A stretch of 64,000 nucleotides of DNA, from assembly GCA_973895155.1 (NCBI GenBank), contig OZ316896.1, positions 16,221,652 to 16,285,651 of the forward strand, written 5' to 3'. Position 1 is the first letter of the stretch; each line of letters opens with the position of its first letter. The translations under genes and the position numbers were made by a program. Positions 40,485-55,832 of this stretch are shown piece by piece. The stretch is from Marsupella aquatica. Its lineage: Eukaryota; Plantae; Marchantiophyta. The notes under the pieces are model-generated. The model did no database searches and was not told where the DNA came from. It saw nothing but the letters and a program-made list of their open reading frames with translations.

Positions 40485-43400
40485 ATGCACAGTAATTTGT
40501 CTTCACCGATCTATTTCTCTCAGAACATAAGCAAAGGAAATTCTTAAGATAAGTCATGAGGTGAATTTGTGGGTTTGGGGAAACCGACCCATCTCTCGTC
40601 ACTCTTGCATACTAGGCGACACGCAAATGTGCCAAGGACACAAAGTTCACAAACGTGCGGTCAAACAACCTCTCCCCCGTCCAGAATTCTGGGACGTAAA
40701 ACTCAAACTTGACCAATAAATTCTCTCTATGTGGTCCTTCCTGCGTCGTCCTCTCTCGTGGAAAAAGGTGGAATTGGTTCATTAAGCTTTCTTCATTCTA
40801 CCAACTTGTCAGATGTATATAATTTCAGACCGTAAGCTTCGAAATTCTTCGACGCATATGGTCCTAGTTTCTCTGCATGGTCCTAGTTTCTCTGCAGTGC
40901 ACTCTGCGTTAATGGATTGACGCCTTGCACCTGTAGAGGTTCTTCAGAGGTAGGCCCCTGAATCGTTGTAATATTAGGTAGCTGGATTGGACCGCCTCCC
41001 ACAGGACGCCTGTCCTAAAGGGTTGACGTGCTGCCGGGTGGGCAAGAACGAATCAATTTTAGGAAATTAGAGAGAATGATCGGAGCTTTATCCCGAGTAT
41101 GTCCCATGGCAACCCAGAAAATCTGTCGAGTCAAATCTGTAAAGAATGATGAAAGTAAATTTTTGTAAAGATTTCATTTCCCTCACCAGGTTAGTAAGAG
41201 ACATCCAAGGGAGTTATCAAAGAATGCTCTATAACATTGTAAGGTCTTAGAATGTAAACCCTTCCCATCTCGCGTTATGTGGAGATGTACAACGAATGCA
41301 ACACCAAGCACTAGGAATGAGGTCGTGTCTGTGTTTATGTGTTCCGATCAGACAAGGGGACTGCGAAGACACCTCCAGAGGGTTTCTTGAGAGCTCCTGA
41401 ATACACAATTGGGAGAGTATTGCAGGTTCATTGAGCTCTCTTTGGTTCCAAATAAGTAGAGAAGAGAGAATAGTTTCTGGGGAGATTTAGAGAAATGAAT
41501 TGTTCTTAGCTTAGCTGGAATACTAATTGATCACCCTCCAACATCCAGTACTGAGATGTTGCAAGATCGAGGCGGTAAACTGCTATGAGCCCTTGTGTTC
41601 AAGGAAGCATGATTCGACCTTTCCCCACATTCGACTGCCTCCGGTTAAGGCAGAACAACTCAAAGGGCGGGAAGGGATGGATCCAATCTCGAAAGTCCTT
41701 TCTCTCTGCCAAAAAAGTAACGACTCGAACAAACTTTTGCGTTCATGTCCTACAATTCATGTGCTGTTCATGAGCTGACTTGTGGTTTATCTGGTTTCCA
41801 TGATAAAATCAGTCCAAAATTGCACATATGTGATAGACTTCGAGAAGAAGCCGAGACGCATGTCATGTCATTTTTTCTTTCTTGCTCTTTGGCGACAGTT
41901 CAGTTGTTGCTAAAGCAAAGTTTCCTACTATGTCCACGCAAGTCAATCATAATTTTTGGAGCAGACCATATGCTCTGTTCAGGATGTTCACAGTTGAAGC
42001 TCCTTGGGAAGGTTGTCTTTTTTGGGTATAAACTCCTGCTGATCCTCTTAATGCAAAATGACAAGATGGCGAAGAATACAAAACTCGAGGATGTAAAACC
42101 TAGATGCATGAAGGCAAGCCGTGTTGATTTACAGACTCAAAAGTACATTGAGGGAAATGGTCGCGTATAGTCCATAGTTCAAATCGATTTTAACTGGTTT
42201 TCCAGAATCCACAGTTTTCAGACTTCGTAATGTCATGGCAGTCCTTAGCTTTCGCGTCTACGTCGATGACACCTTTTGAAATGCTGCAAAAGGCGGAGAA
42301 TGTCGAGCAGTTAAATTGACATGATGAATAAAATTGAGATTGTGAAGGGATAAGACATCTCCTTTGACATTACGCCGAGTTGTTTCGCAGATTCAAAACC
42401 ACAAGACTCAGAGTTCGCCATATGTCTTCTCTCACCAGGGGTAGTTTGGTTGGCAGAGTACCGTATGTTAGCCAAGAAGGGGGAAGGCACCTTCTCAGAG
42501 GTGCTGAAAGCCCAATGTATCAAGACCAGCAAATATGTTGCAATAAAATGCATGAAGAACAGCTTCGACAGCATAGAGCAGGTGACAACAGTCCCACCTT
42601 TCAAAATCCTCTTCTCACAAATCCATTTTTACACCTTAGGTGAGATCCACAATCTTTTACACGTTGAACCAACTCAAAAGCTTAGCTATAGTTCTTCATT
42701 TCTTTGTGTGGGAACTTGAATCTCAAATCGTTTTCTACTTTCAATCCTGGAAAAGCTTGCAGGCCCTGCCTGAGCGCACTCAGCTTTCTCTAATTCGGTT
42801 GGGCTATCATTTTTAAAGCCGGGACTAAAATATTACTCATCTGACTGATGTGACGAGATCAGGTGACCAGCCTGCGGGAGATTCAGGCATTGCAGAGGCT
42901 CTCCCCTCATGCGAATGTCATCAAACTTCTGGAAGTCCTATAGTAGGTCTTTCCCACCCTTGAGCTCACTAGTGATACACATGAATTCATAAGGAGAGCG
43001 AGGCAGTTCAGTCTTGTCTGATGGGTGCATCTTGGGGGTGTTTCAGTCTCCCACGTCACCACAAAGCACAGCTAAAATTGAAATCTTCCCTTCAAAACTT
43101 AAAACCTCCACGTTTTCTTGAAAGTACGACGTTAGAAATGATTAAACGCTTCCTGGAACTATTATGGCGCAGCGATCAGCCCACAGGGCGGTTAGCACTT
43201 GTTTTCGAGCTGATGGACATGAACATCTACGAGCTTATCCGTGGGCGACGAAATTATGTTGCAGAGGACCGCATCAAGGGCTACATGTATCAGCTAATGA
43301 AAGGTAGGCACACAACTCTGAAATGTTCCCAGGGCCTATACCCTGATACCCCCATGCCGCTTCAGTGAGCATCATAAGTTCTTTCAAAGGACTACTAATA

Positions 43401-46400
43401 GACAACTGATTCCTGTTTGATCTTCGGAACAGCCATGGATCACATGCATCGAAATGGGATATTTCATCGCGACATAAAACCAGAGAATATTCTGATAATG
43501 GAAGATACATTGAAGGTAACGCAGTCATTCAACAATCAGAGAGCAATATTTGCTTACTCAAATTGCTTGATTTGCAGTTGCAATGAGGATTTTTCTCTAC
43601 TAGCTAAACCACAAGCGCAAAGCTCTGAATAAACACTATTTACCCTTTCTTTTTCTAGGAGGACATCAACTAAGTAGAGTGAAAGCAACACTTCTTCTGT
43701 GATACTGATCCATATAGTCCCACTGATCTGAGGGTTGCTTTGAATTTTTCTGGTTTCTCCACAGCTGGCAGATTTTGGAAGTTGCCGAGGAGTGTACTCA
43801 AAGCAGCCTTACACAGAATATATTTCCACAAGATGGTGAGTGGCATATATATTTAATGGAATGTTTGCAAATGAAGAAATCCAAATCTTACATCGTTATA
43901 CCGTATCGTGCTCCAGAGATACATTCAGTTCCAGTCATATGCTGTTGGGGGTTGGAATGGATGGAAGGTATCGAGCTCCCGAGTGTCTGCTCACAGATGG
44001 GTACTACAATTACAAGATGGATATGTGGGGCGTCGGCTGCGTGTTTTTTGAGATAATTAGCCTCTTTCCTCTATTTCCAGGTTAAAATCCATCCCTACTT
44101 GTGATGCTCTTTGTTCAATGCCTACATCGCCCACGATAATGTTTTCATACCTCGTGTCGTACTAGACAATCGGAGTATCTGGCCTTCGTCCTTGAAAAAA
44201 ACCCTGAGCCATAAATCGATCCCTGATTTCCTGGGTGAGCTGCCTTAGTCACGTCAATCCTCAGTCTAATATAATAGGGCTTAATCCCTGACCGATAGAA
44301 GGAGTCTGTTGTGTCGTTGGAAGAAGGAAACCCCTCAGATAGCATGACTGGTTGATCAGGAAGTAATGAGCTGGACCAAATACAAAAGATCCACAAGATT
44401 TTGGGGACACCACCGGCTCAGCTTCTGGAAAAGATGAAGAGGTAAGCTCGTTGGCATCGTAAAATTGCTGCATCTCTGATCAGAATTTGGAAATCTGCCG
44501 CAGCTTGATGTTTATAAGACTGCTCAGATGATGGAAGTTTTATGCAAGGATTTCTCCCGCAAGAAAGCAGCTCTTAGAAGCTAAAACCTATGCATGAAAT
44601 ACAGGAGGTCACAACACGCAGATTTTAAGTTCCCTCAGCAGGATGGAACAGGCATTGCCAGGCTGATTCCACATGCGTCACCAGCGTGTGTGGAGCTTCT
44701 CAGCAAATTGCTTGCCTACAACCCTGACGATCGGTATGGGGTCCATTCCGACAAGTGTCTCCTAACTTATGAGCAACTAGTAATAAACTGACCCACCACT
44801 GACGACTGATCGCAGGACCTACCTTGCTGATAATTCATGTCATCCGCTAAATCTTTTCAGTGTACGCAAATATCAGAAGTTTGTTTTCTGCAATTGACTA
44901 GAAAATGTCGCAAAGTAAAGCCTGTAAGTAATGCAGCAGAAAGGGAATTATACGTCTTTTGGAACTACTCATTGTCTGGCTGCTCAAAACTCAGGAGAAA
45001 GGCAATTAATAACATGACTAGAGGTTGAATGTAAACCGGCAGAGAATACCAGATGGTAAAGAATCTGTCTTTGAAAGCAGTATTTGAAGAGCGCCGCCTA
45101 GTAGTCTCAGGATGGCTCTTAGATAGACTTACAAGGTTGTTTTAATGAAAAGTCGGCCTACAACATACGATCCCCATGTCAAAGACACAACTTGACGTAG
45201 CACCCACCCGGTCACGAAATTTGAATTGAAAGCATTGGTACTTTATGAGCTGCGAAAGAACACCCAAATGTCAGCATGTTCTCAAAAGGATTGATACTGG
45301 AACAGGCTGTCAGCTCGACAGGCACTGAGGCATATATACTTCAAGGACCTTCGGGAAAAGGATAAACTGCAGCAAGCTTTTCTTAACGCTAGTAATCGGA
45401 GCACCAGCTTAAGACCGTCGCCCAGGTCGTCACCAAGGTGAGACACACCCTGGGCAGACACAGAGTGTCTTCTCGGAAACCTTCTTAACCTTCACTGAGT
45501 AAGGGTTGATCTTCGAAAGGTAGATCCGTGATTTTTTTCCCTTCCTGATGTAAAGCCTGAAAAGGCAATTGTCGACACTGAAATAAGGAGTATGCAGGTT
45601 AGGTGCTCAGGAGAAGTTACGAGGGAGCGAATTGATAAAGGCCAGTATGACTGAGAAATCTAGTTGCTTGACCAATCAAAGTACCAACAGTACTCCTCAA
45701 TCTATGGCCAGCCTCTCACAGCTGCCAGTCATCAATGGCACGATGAAGGTCCTCTGTTCTTTGTCCCGCATGCACTACGCATTGCTTTTGATGCCGACTA
45801 GGAGCTTCACTAGAAGTAGTATGAGCTTATCTACAAGCAACGTTCTGTAATTAAGAGCACCTTTCTCTTTTCAAATTAGCATGAAGTATTGCCTACCACT
45901 CAAGCTACACATTCACGGATTTAAAGTCACGGTATGAAGCAACACAATTATTAATTTGAACGTCTATGATGTATTATTACTATTCAAGTTATGCGGAACT
46001 TTGCCTTGGTTTGCCATCATTATCTGCTTTGGTTTTGCTAACATGGTCGTTACCTCCATACCTGTTTCCCTTCACTGCACTTGTTTGACCTCAAATTGCA
46101 TAATTATTGCTCTATCAAATGGACTGGTCCCTTCACTGCACTTGTTTGACCTCAAATTGCATAACTATTGCTCTATCAAATGGACTGGTCCCTTATGAAA
46201 CGTACAACAATGAAATATTTTCCAGATTCTCTTCTTGGTAGCGCTTGCTTACTTTCCACCATTGAATCAGAACTCGTACACATGTCTTGCTCTCTTAATT
46301 TTCTAGTTTCTCTGAGGCAGCTTTGCTGCATTCCCTTGCACATGGAAGGAGAGAGATCCCATGCACATCTAGGACAAGCTTCTAATGCTGGATAAACATG

Positions 46401-49400
46401 CCCAACCTGCTGTGTTAAGAGCCCGGTTCAGACGTTTTCCAGTGCACACCGGACGTACCTTCTGGGTCTTTGAGATCTGGTTGACATCTTAGAGCAAGTT
46501 TCCAGATCAACGTCAATGATGCTAAAAGCTCATGATTACCCATTTTCAGCAGGGACTTATACTTGCGTATACTGAACACACAAACATTTGGCACAAGGGT
46601 GTAATCTTCTAAAGAATCTCATTTGACTTGGCTCACAGGATGATAAAGACATGGGACAGGGAACCCCAACGTCGCACCTTGGAGATGTTCACAGCCCTGC
46701 AACATTGACGTCTGTGGGGTCTGCAGTGTCTGTTTATGTGGCACCAGAAGCGGGGACTACTGAAAGGACTTCTGATGAAATGGGAATGGATATTGCTCCA
46801 GCTCTACCCCCTATTAAGAATAGTTACAATCATCCATCAGCGCCCTCCCCAAAGATGCCTGTCGTTCCCCATGGTCCCAGTATGCAGCGCTCCCACCCAC
46901 CCCGCTTACACTCACCCAAGGTCAGGGATCTCTCTCCTCCTCACTGCAAGATACCATAATCTCACTGCGTAGCAAGTGCAACATAATTGCATGGGATCTT
47001 TCGAACACATTGAGTCCAGATTGAGTTTCGCACTTGTTATGAGCATGGATGTCATGAATGCTGCTCCTATCTTAGAGCTTGAGCGGGCGGGAAGACCTCG
47101 AGTTGCTTAGAGATAATGACTTTAAGCTTTCGAAGGCTGAGGTTGGATGACTTAAATTGGAGTCCGTCCAATCTACAGCAAACCTGTTTAAATGCTATCT
47201 ACCCAAGTGTTCGGAGATAGATCCTCGAGCTCACTTGAGGAACTGATGTCCCTGTCCATAATGTGCAGGCCCAAAGTTTGAAAGGTGCGAAAGTACTGAA
47301 AGGAACAAAGAGTCATCGTACATTACCTGAATTGTCGCCGAAGAGCACCATGAGCGCTTATAAGCCCGGAGAGCCTCCTCCGTACAAAAAGAGAGCAAAC
47401 AATAGCAAGTAAGCCCTCGTCTCATACCAGTATTTGTAAACAGCTTTGCGTGGCGTTCATGTTTGTGCATCAGAAAATGAATACAGGAAAGAGTGACGAA
47501 CCGAATGAATGCATGCAAGGTATTTTATCAGACTGTTTTCTCCCGTTGGTTGCTGATGTGAGCTCATGCGCAAGTTATGCTGTTGCAATAATTCTACTTG
47601 AAACTTTTCATCCCTTTCTTGAATCGTTGTGCATCCGTCTCGCCCTTGCACACCACTTCTTGAAACTTCTGTTTTCTCGTTATGCCTTGTGAGGAGCTTT
47701 ATAAGTTTCTCAAGTTCCGATTATCACTGGTAGTCGGCGTTTTCGCAGCATCCGAGGGTTCGCTGTCGCATAGTCTGGAGGTGTAGAGACCCACACTTGC
47801 TCGCCTCTCACTCCCTTCCAACCTCATCAAGCTAAGGGAGTTTTTGCGCTGCAAGACCTATAGAAATAGACCTTGCAGACGAATGAATGCTTGTTAGGAA
47901 ATGAAAAAGCCTCGAATTCCCATTTGCTGTGCCTTTTGTGGTAGGATCCACTGAAGTATTAAACGGGATTGTCTTCTTGAATCCAATCCGCCATAGATAT
48001 TCCTCAGTAAGACAGTAACGCAAAGGAATTCATGTTGGTATGAATCATTCATGTTGGTATGAATAGGGTTCACTGGGGAGAACAAATAGATGAAGGACGG
48101 CCCCAGCATTGACAACGGCCTCCAGAGAATCTCACCGAATGAATTCCTTTTCCTGATTTGAATGTGTTGTGACTCACTCTGGGTGAAACAAATAAACACA
48201 AACGGCACGAAGCAAGAGAGCTTCCTTTTCCTGATTTAAATGTGCTGTGACTCACTCTGGGTGAAACAAATAAACAAAAAAGGCAAGAAGCAAGAGAGCT
48301 TTACACAGCAAGCAGCGCTGTTGCTCGGCGTAGGTGAGCGAGAAAGCAATTGTATAGAACGAGAGGGAATGGGAATAGGGCGTTGACATACAGACGAGGA
48401 CAAATCACTGCGCCATACTTATCAAAAGAATAAGGCCGGTTGATTTCGCTCCAAACTGATTCGAAATTGGTTGATCCGCACAATTTTAAAATATTCCTGC
48501 ATCTGGCCCAAACAACTTCCCGCGGAAGCGTTTACGAATAAACGCTCGCGGGGGAGGGCAGAATACTCCTCTCAATTGGCTATTCATTTGGAAACTATTC
48601 TGCAGTAAGAAGCAAGCACTGAAATGCTTTATCTTGATTTGAAGCTCTCGAATAGCAACAAGTGTGTGCGAGCTTCCAAGTAGGCACCGGCAAAATCCTG
48701 TACATAAGCGGGTCCATAGTTGACGTTCTCAAATCCTAATCAAATGGTCGGACGAGTCGAAGACAGTACTGTAGATAGATCCCCAGCGCATGATCGGAGT
48801 TTGTCAACTACCGATCACCGCACGAATTGGAAAAGTCATCCACTGTACTGTACCGATTGAAACCGCTGCCGGATTAGGAATTGCAGCAGGCTGTGTGAAC
48901 ATATATCTCTAACAAGATTCAGTCGACAGACGGACGGACGATTCAAGGAGCGTACATGGAGCCAAGGTTCATCGCGGCATTGCAATCTATAGATTGTCAC
49001 ATGCATAGTCCACGGCCAACATTCGAAAATGCAAAGCAACATTCATATCTAGGACCAGACCTACTTTAGTGTTCAAGTGTTCAGTGTTCAGAGAAAAGAT
49101 CGACAACACGTGAAGCAAGCCTTGGGTGCGATAAGCCGACCGGAAGAGAATGCAGCCCGAAGACCTTCGACATAAATTTTACCAACCCTTACAATAGATC
49201 TTTACTGAGACAAACCCTGCATGTAGGAAGTAAGTCGGTCCGACATCCACGGAGGATTGAACGAAGCAAGTATAAGGAACTTTTGAGCGAGTGAGTGAGT
49301 CAATTTTCGGGACGGCATCAAGTCAGACATGGAGTATATTATACTTACATGTGGTGACCCCCGACAGCTATCCAACCACCGATGTCTTAATCCATCCGGC

Positions 49401-50210
49401 TTGCGTACTGTTTCGCTGCTGCCGCTGTAATTTACTGTGTTTGCTTTCCATCGTGCCCTTCTGTCGTTGTGCTGCTGCTTTTACTCTTAACTGCAGCTCC
49501 TGAGATTAAAACAATGTGGATTGAATGAATGTGAGTGGTCTTAACTGCAGCTCCTGAGATTAAAACAATGTGAATTGAATGAATGTGAGTAGTTGCTTTT
49601 CGGATGCTTGATCGGATGAGACGAGATGAAATGCATTAATGCAACACTTGTCAGGAAGCATACTTGCCACCCACGCAGTCCAAAGATGGACGAGGCAGAA
49701 ATCGAATGTCGTAGACTTCTAGACAGCTTCTGCAAGTCCTGTCAGTAGTGTGGACTTGAGATAGTAAATGAGATTCCATCCCTTAGGATGATGCGTCATT
49801 CGATGTTTAGGTTAGCTCTGATTAGCTATTCATGCCCTGCCTGTCGTGAAATGTGCATTCCTTGCTTCCTTGCATGCCTGTGGTGAATTTGCTTGTCCCA
49901 GTGGTGCAGAGTGTGGTTGTAGGTGTTTGCAGAACGTCGTTCGCTTTCTTGCGTGCATAATGTGTGTGCAGCTGAGCACGTCGTGGTTGTATGTCTTGGC
50001 TGGCTGCAACGCAGAGGAAAAGAAGCAATATACCAGCAACATCTCAGGAGAGAAGATAGGGACGCCAAGCTGTTGAAGGGCAAAAGCATGGAATCCCAGT
50101 CGTATACAGCGCCTGGGATGGGGTTCCCGCATTGTACAACATCCAATGGATATTTCAGTAGTGGAAGACCCACCGTAGATCATAAATACCAGAAAACTAT
50201 GATTTATTAA
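40485..50210 (+). CDS. MOK: MAPK/MAK/MRK overlapping kinase (MOK / Chlamydomonas LF4-type flagellar length kinase), ~573 aa; 14 exons
   Basis: Exons 40485-40491, 42457-42581, 42863-42942, 43173-43303, 43433-43515, 43765-43835, 43968-44080, 44360-44441, 44605-44733, 45306-45437, 45598-45748, 46639-46920, 47269-47408 and 50015-50210 join in frame. Motifs [61 protein letters not shown]. The first exon and the last four exons are less certain than the kinase core. Confidence 0.88.
46067..46194. repeat. 61-bp near-exact tandem duplication in a MOK intron
   Basis: tcccttcactgcacttgtttgacctcaaattgcataa(t/c)tattgctctatcaaatggactgg x2. Confidence 0.95.
48144..48301. repeat. 78-bp tandem duplication
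   Basis: ttccttttcctgattt.aatgtg.tgtgactcactctgggtgaaacaaataaaca...gaagcaagagagc x2. Confidence 0.93.
49485..49593. repeat. 54-bp tandem duplication
   Basis: tcttaactgcagctcctgagattaaaacaatgtg.attgaatgaatgtgagt x2. Confidence 0.93.
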
Positions 50211-50966
50211 TCAAATATTCTACTTGTGCAATGTCAAGGCATTGAGCACACTTGCTGAAGAGGTTTGATTGTTCATCTTCCAGACTAATTTCAATTCGGA
50301 ATTGCGAAGTCCTTCGCTGCGCTATCGAAACGGAATGTTCATGCGGAAACAGTATTCCTGTCGCATTGTTCATTCCCTGAGTTCTCTTGTATCGCAGAGA
50401 TGTGTAAAGATAGATGAAGTTTTGAGAAAGCAGTGTGGAAAGCATATTCTGTTCTACCTTATGAGAAAGGTATGAGGAAAGAATGAGCACTTGTTGAATC
50501 TGTTCCTACCTGTTCGAGTCCTGCAGAACTGAGTGGAAAAATACAGGTCTAAAAGTTATTATGCTTTACTACCCCGTGTTCTGATTTTACTCATTCTTCT
50601 AACGGGAAGGCTTTCAATGGGTCCAGAAGTGCCAATTCCGACGAACCTCTACTGTCGTGAGGGAAAGACACGACGAAATTTTGAAACGAGAGTATTGAGT
50701 GAACAAAATCAACGAATAGTACAACACTTCGTGTGGGCTGCAATTGAAGAGTCAATTTAATCCTTTAATGGGAAAAATCTCATCTCAAAGGTAGAACGGT
50801 GGACCCAAGAAACCACTCGACATGGAATTGCTCGGGAACATAGTTCAACTTTATTAATTGAAAAAGAAAGAGACATTAGTTTGCAGTGCTGATTAAAGAT
50901 AAATATACAGACTATGGAGACAGACAATCCTGTCCTAACAAGAAAAGCCCTCAAAATTCAAAAACC

Positions 50967-52553
<1,587 letters not shown>

Positions 52554-53083
52554 CTTGACAGACGGCAAGAAAAATTCAATTCACACCCGCTAACCTCGAA
52601 GCTTTCAATTCTACTTCCAACCCAAATCTAATTACAACCCAAATCAAGACTCGCCGACCGGCCTTCCACCTTCCTCCGCCTTTCCACGACGACTCGCATC
52701 AGCCCGCACCACCTGAATCTCTCGAGTCTCGACTATCCTCAATCCCTTCAGAGATCGGGGAATGCAATGCGCAGCGAAGAGGGCTGCCGCTTATACCACA
52801 ACAGCACAACAGCACCCCCTTCGAATAAAAGCTTCGTTTCCTCTCACTTCAGTCTCGTCTCGTCTCTTCTCGTCTCGTCTCGTCTAGTCTCTCGTTTCAT
52901 CTGGCCCGCAATGGCCGCTCTCGTCGCTGCCTTGTCCTCAACCCCACACCAGCATCCTTCCTTCTGACCACGGTAGCCTTTGCGCACCTCTGGTCCTCTC
53001 CGGAGTCCGGAGAGGAGCGGGAAGAGCAATTTCCTCATGCAATAATGTAACTCAGGGTTAACCCAACCAACTAACCAAGGCTG

Positions 53084-53608
53084 CCGTTGTCAATCTAAAG
53101 ATGGCTCGACCGCCTGATATCCGTCCGATCTCCAATCTAACGATACTCGCTCGCCCGTCTTTCCATGCAATGCGAAGGTCTGCTGCATACCCGGGCATTC
53201 AAATTCCTCCGCGCGAGTACTGGACGGACGTTCCCATCATGCCTTCCCGCCCCTGACAGAAGTACGTGAGGCTCTCCGATCGAGATCCGACGGCTGGGTA
53301 ATACCGGCTCGGTCCTGGCACTCCTCGCAAGCTGTTCAAGCGTGGTGAACAGCGGGGTAACCCAGGGCCGTACCCGAGGGTGGAGTTCGTGCCGTCTGGG
53401 ATCGGACGGCTTCCAGGGCCTTTAGACGGCCAACGGATTTCTTTTGGTTATTTAATTAATCAAACTTATAAAAATAAAAACCCCATTACAGAAGGACAAC
53501 GGCCAACGGATTATTGAAACCCGACGCACTCGCTGCCGTTACCGCTGGGTCCACCGGCCAGCACTTTTCGGGGAGAGAAGAGACCGGTGATCAACGGTGG
53601 AGACCGTT
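53084..53608. promoter_or_regulatory. Cluster of MSA-like (AACGG) elements upstream of beta-tubulin
   Basis: AACGG/CCGTT at 53084, 53432, 53498, 53505, 53536, 53593 and 53604, plus related GATCCGACGG/GATCGGACGG motifs at ~53284 and ~53400. Confidence 0.6.
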
Positions 53609-54102
53609 GGGACAGGGGCGGGCCGGCGAGAGATAGGCAAGCTTTACCGGGCGGGTAGCCGGTACCGTAATCTGAACTGTGCGGGCTAGTGGACGGGGCC
53701 ACGTCCGCATCGTGATGACGTGGAGAGGGTTGGAGGAGGTGACGGTGGCTCAATTCTCAGAGCACGACCGCGCGGAAAAGAAAAGATTGCAAAGGGTGCA
53801 AAAAGATGGCGACAAAACTGCAAAAAGATGCCAAAAATTCGGGACCTCGAGTACGTCCTCACTGGTTGACAATTTCGTCCGTTTCGAGTTTTAGGCCGGT
53901 AATGTGGTCAAAAGTGAAATTGTTGGGTTGGAGTCTAGATTCCTCCCCGCTCCAAAATTTCAAAATTGAACGCTTGATGCCAAAGGATAACACGACAGGA
54001 TTCGGTTTGTAAGGGAGAAACTGCGTCCACTAAAATCTGATCTAGTATCCTGGAACATACTTACAATAGGTATTTTGTCCTGTAGAAAAATAGCAGGGCC
54101 GT

Positions 54103-54277
54103 TTCTTATCTGAATGAATTTAATTCTGAAGGAAATCGTAAGCAAAAATTTGAAGGTGACAATGAAGATTGTAATGAGCTGCAGCAAAATGGAAGGACAT
54201 TTTTTCTATCTGAATGAACTTGATTACAAAGGAAATCATAGCAAAATTTTTAAGGTGACAGTAAAGATTGTAATGAG
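54103..54277. repeat. Diverged ~100-bp tandem duplication
   Basis: tatctgaatgaa.tt.att...aaggaaatc.ta.gcaaaa.ttt.aaggtgaca...aagattgtaatgag x2. Confidence 0.8.
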
Positions 54278-55603
54278 AAGAGTCCATTCGCAGGTTGGAA
54301 GGAAAATGAATACCAAGAAAAGAAGGTTAGATTGGCGATCACACAGAGATCAGGCGGTCGAGCCACCCTTAGCAAAATCAAACCCCTAATCATCTAGAAC
54401 ATTCATTGATTGAATCTGGTTTGTTCTACACTCTCTAATCTGTCACAAGTGATTGAAAATTACATCAGATCTCCTTTGGGTCTTTATTCTCCTTATCATG
54501 CTTCACAATGAGTGGGGATAGAACAGTAAGTTTTGCAATCTATTTCCTGAAACACTAGGACTAGAGGGCCCTCCACCAAACGCTGAAGTTGAGGATTGGG
54601 GGTCATTAATTCTTGGTAATATCTCTTATCCAGTCATCTTTTGAAAATTCTTCTGCCACTCAGACAACATCTTCTCTTGCTCTGTTGAGTAAAACAGGTT
54701 CGTTGGATTCATGTGATTCCTGTCAAACTGGTGAGAAAAAGAATAGGTAACATTACAATAAGGTAACAATCAGTACCCCAAACACATTAAACCATATTAA
54801 CTGAATATTCAATGCCTGAATATTCAATGCCAGCTCTTCACTTGCTTGTGCAGTGCTTGTTGCTTGCCACCAACGGGAAGAATAGTCAGACTTGGAAATC
54901 AGCATCAAGCCAACAATAATGTGGGATTTCAATTTTATGGGGCAATGGGAAGCACATATATCTCACAAGCTTCACTATGACCTTATCTGTCTCACCCTCC
55001 ACAGCCTTCGCACACAAAAGTCTGAACTATTAAATGTGAGCACACATTGTGTTTCCCTTGGGTGTATCCCATCCCATGGTCTATGGGAATCTGGAACTGA
55101 AATGAGTATTATTGTACTCTACTAAAGCCTAACTAGTACTCTAGAAGTAAATAGGTTATATAGGCATGACCTAATAGGGTACACTAAAGTTTTCTTGCGT
55201 GTTCATGTGGAAGTAGCCTTTGGAGAGGTGAACCATGTATCTTTTGTGTCAACTACTTGCTCTTTGGATGTTCACATGTGCATCTTGTCTTTGAACAGTC
55301 CATTGTTTATCAAAGAATATTCTCCGAAACCTTGTTCAAATGTTGCCTTGAGACAAATGCAAAAGGCAATTATCATAAGTTGTTGGTTTTCATTTGCCAT
55401 GACCTGGATCAAGTGCTTTACTCCCAAGATCTGACGGTTGTCCTTTGGTGGGTATGATAGATGAAGTTTGGTTGGCTTACATTTGCTCTGTTTGTCAGAA
55501 TGTCATTAGGGCACTGAGTTCTTTGGCCTCCGTGTGGCAGTTATACTTTTGTATGATGGCACTGCTTGCTCCCCCTTGGCCATGGGGTTTTTGTGGTCTT
55601 TAA

Positions 55604-55832
55604 TCTACAACTATAATAAGTGATCTGCTTTTTTTTGTCCTTCATCCTATTACAAAGAGGCTCTTGGGCAAGAAAGATCCACAATCATTGGATTTGAATT
55701 TCCCCTGAGCATTGATGAAAAAAACATGCACCCATGACATATATGTGCTTCCCGCTGCCCCATAAATGCCCCAGCCCAACTCTCTATGGGCCAGCCCTCC
55801 TTGCAGAGTGCAACACACCGGCATAGGGCTCG
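55604..55832 (+). mobile_element. Non-autonomous Helitron, third copy of the 24.6-kb family
   Basis: A|TCTACAACTATAATAAG start; shared atatgtgcttcccgctgccccataaatgcccc and ctatgggccagccctccttgca; end ggcatagggctcg|t. Confidence 0.85.
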
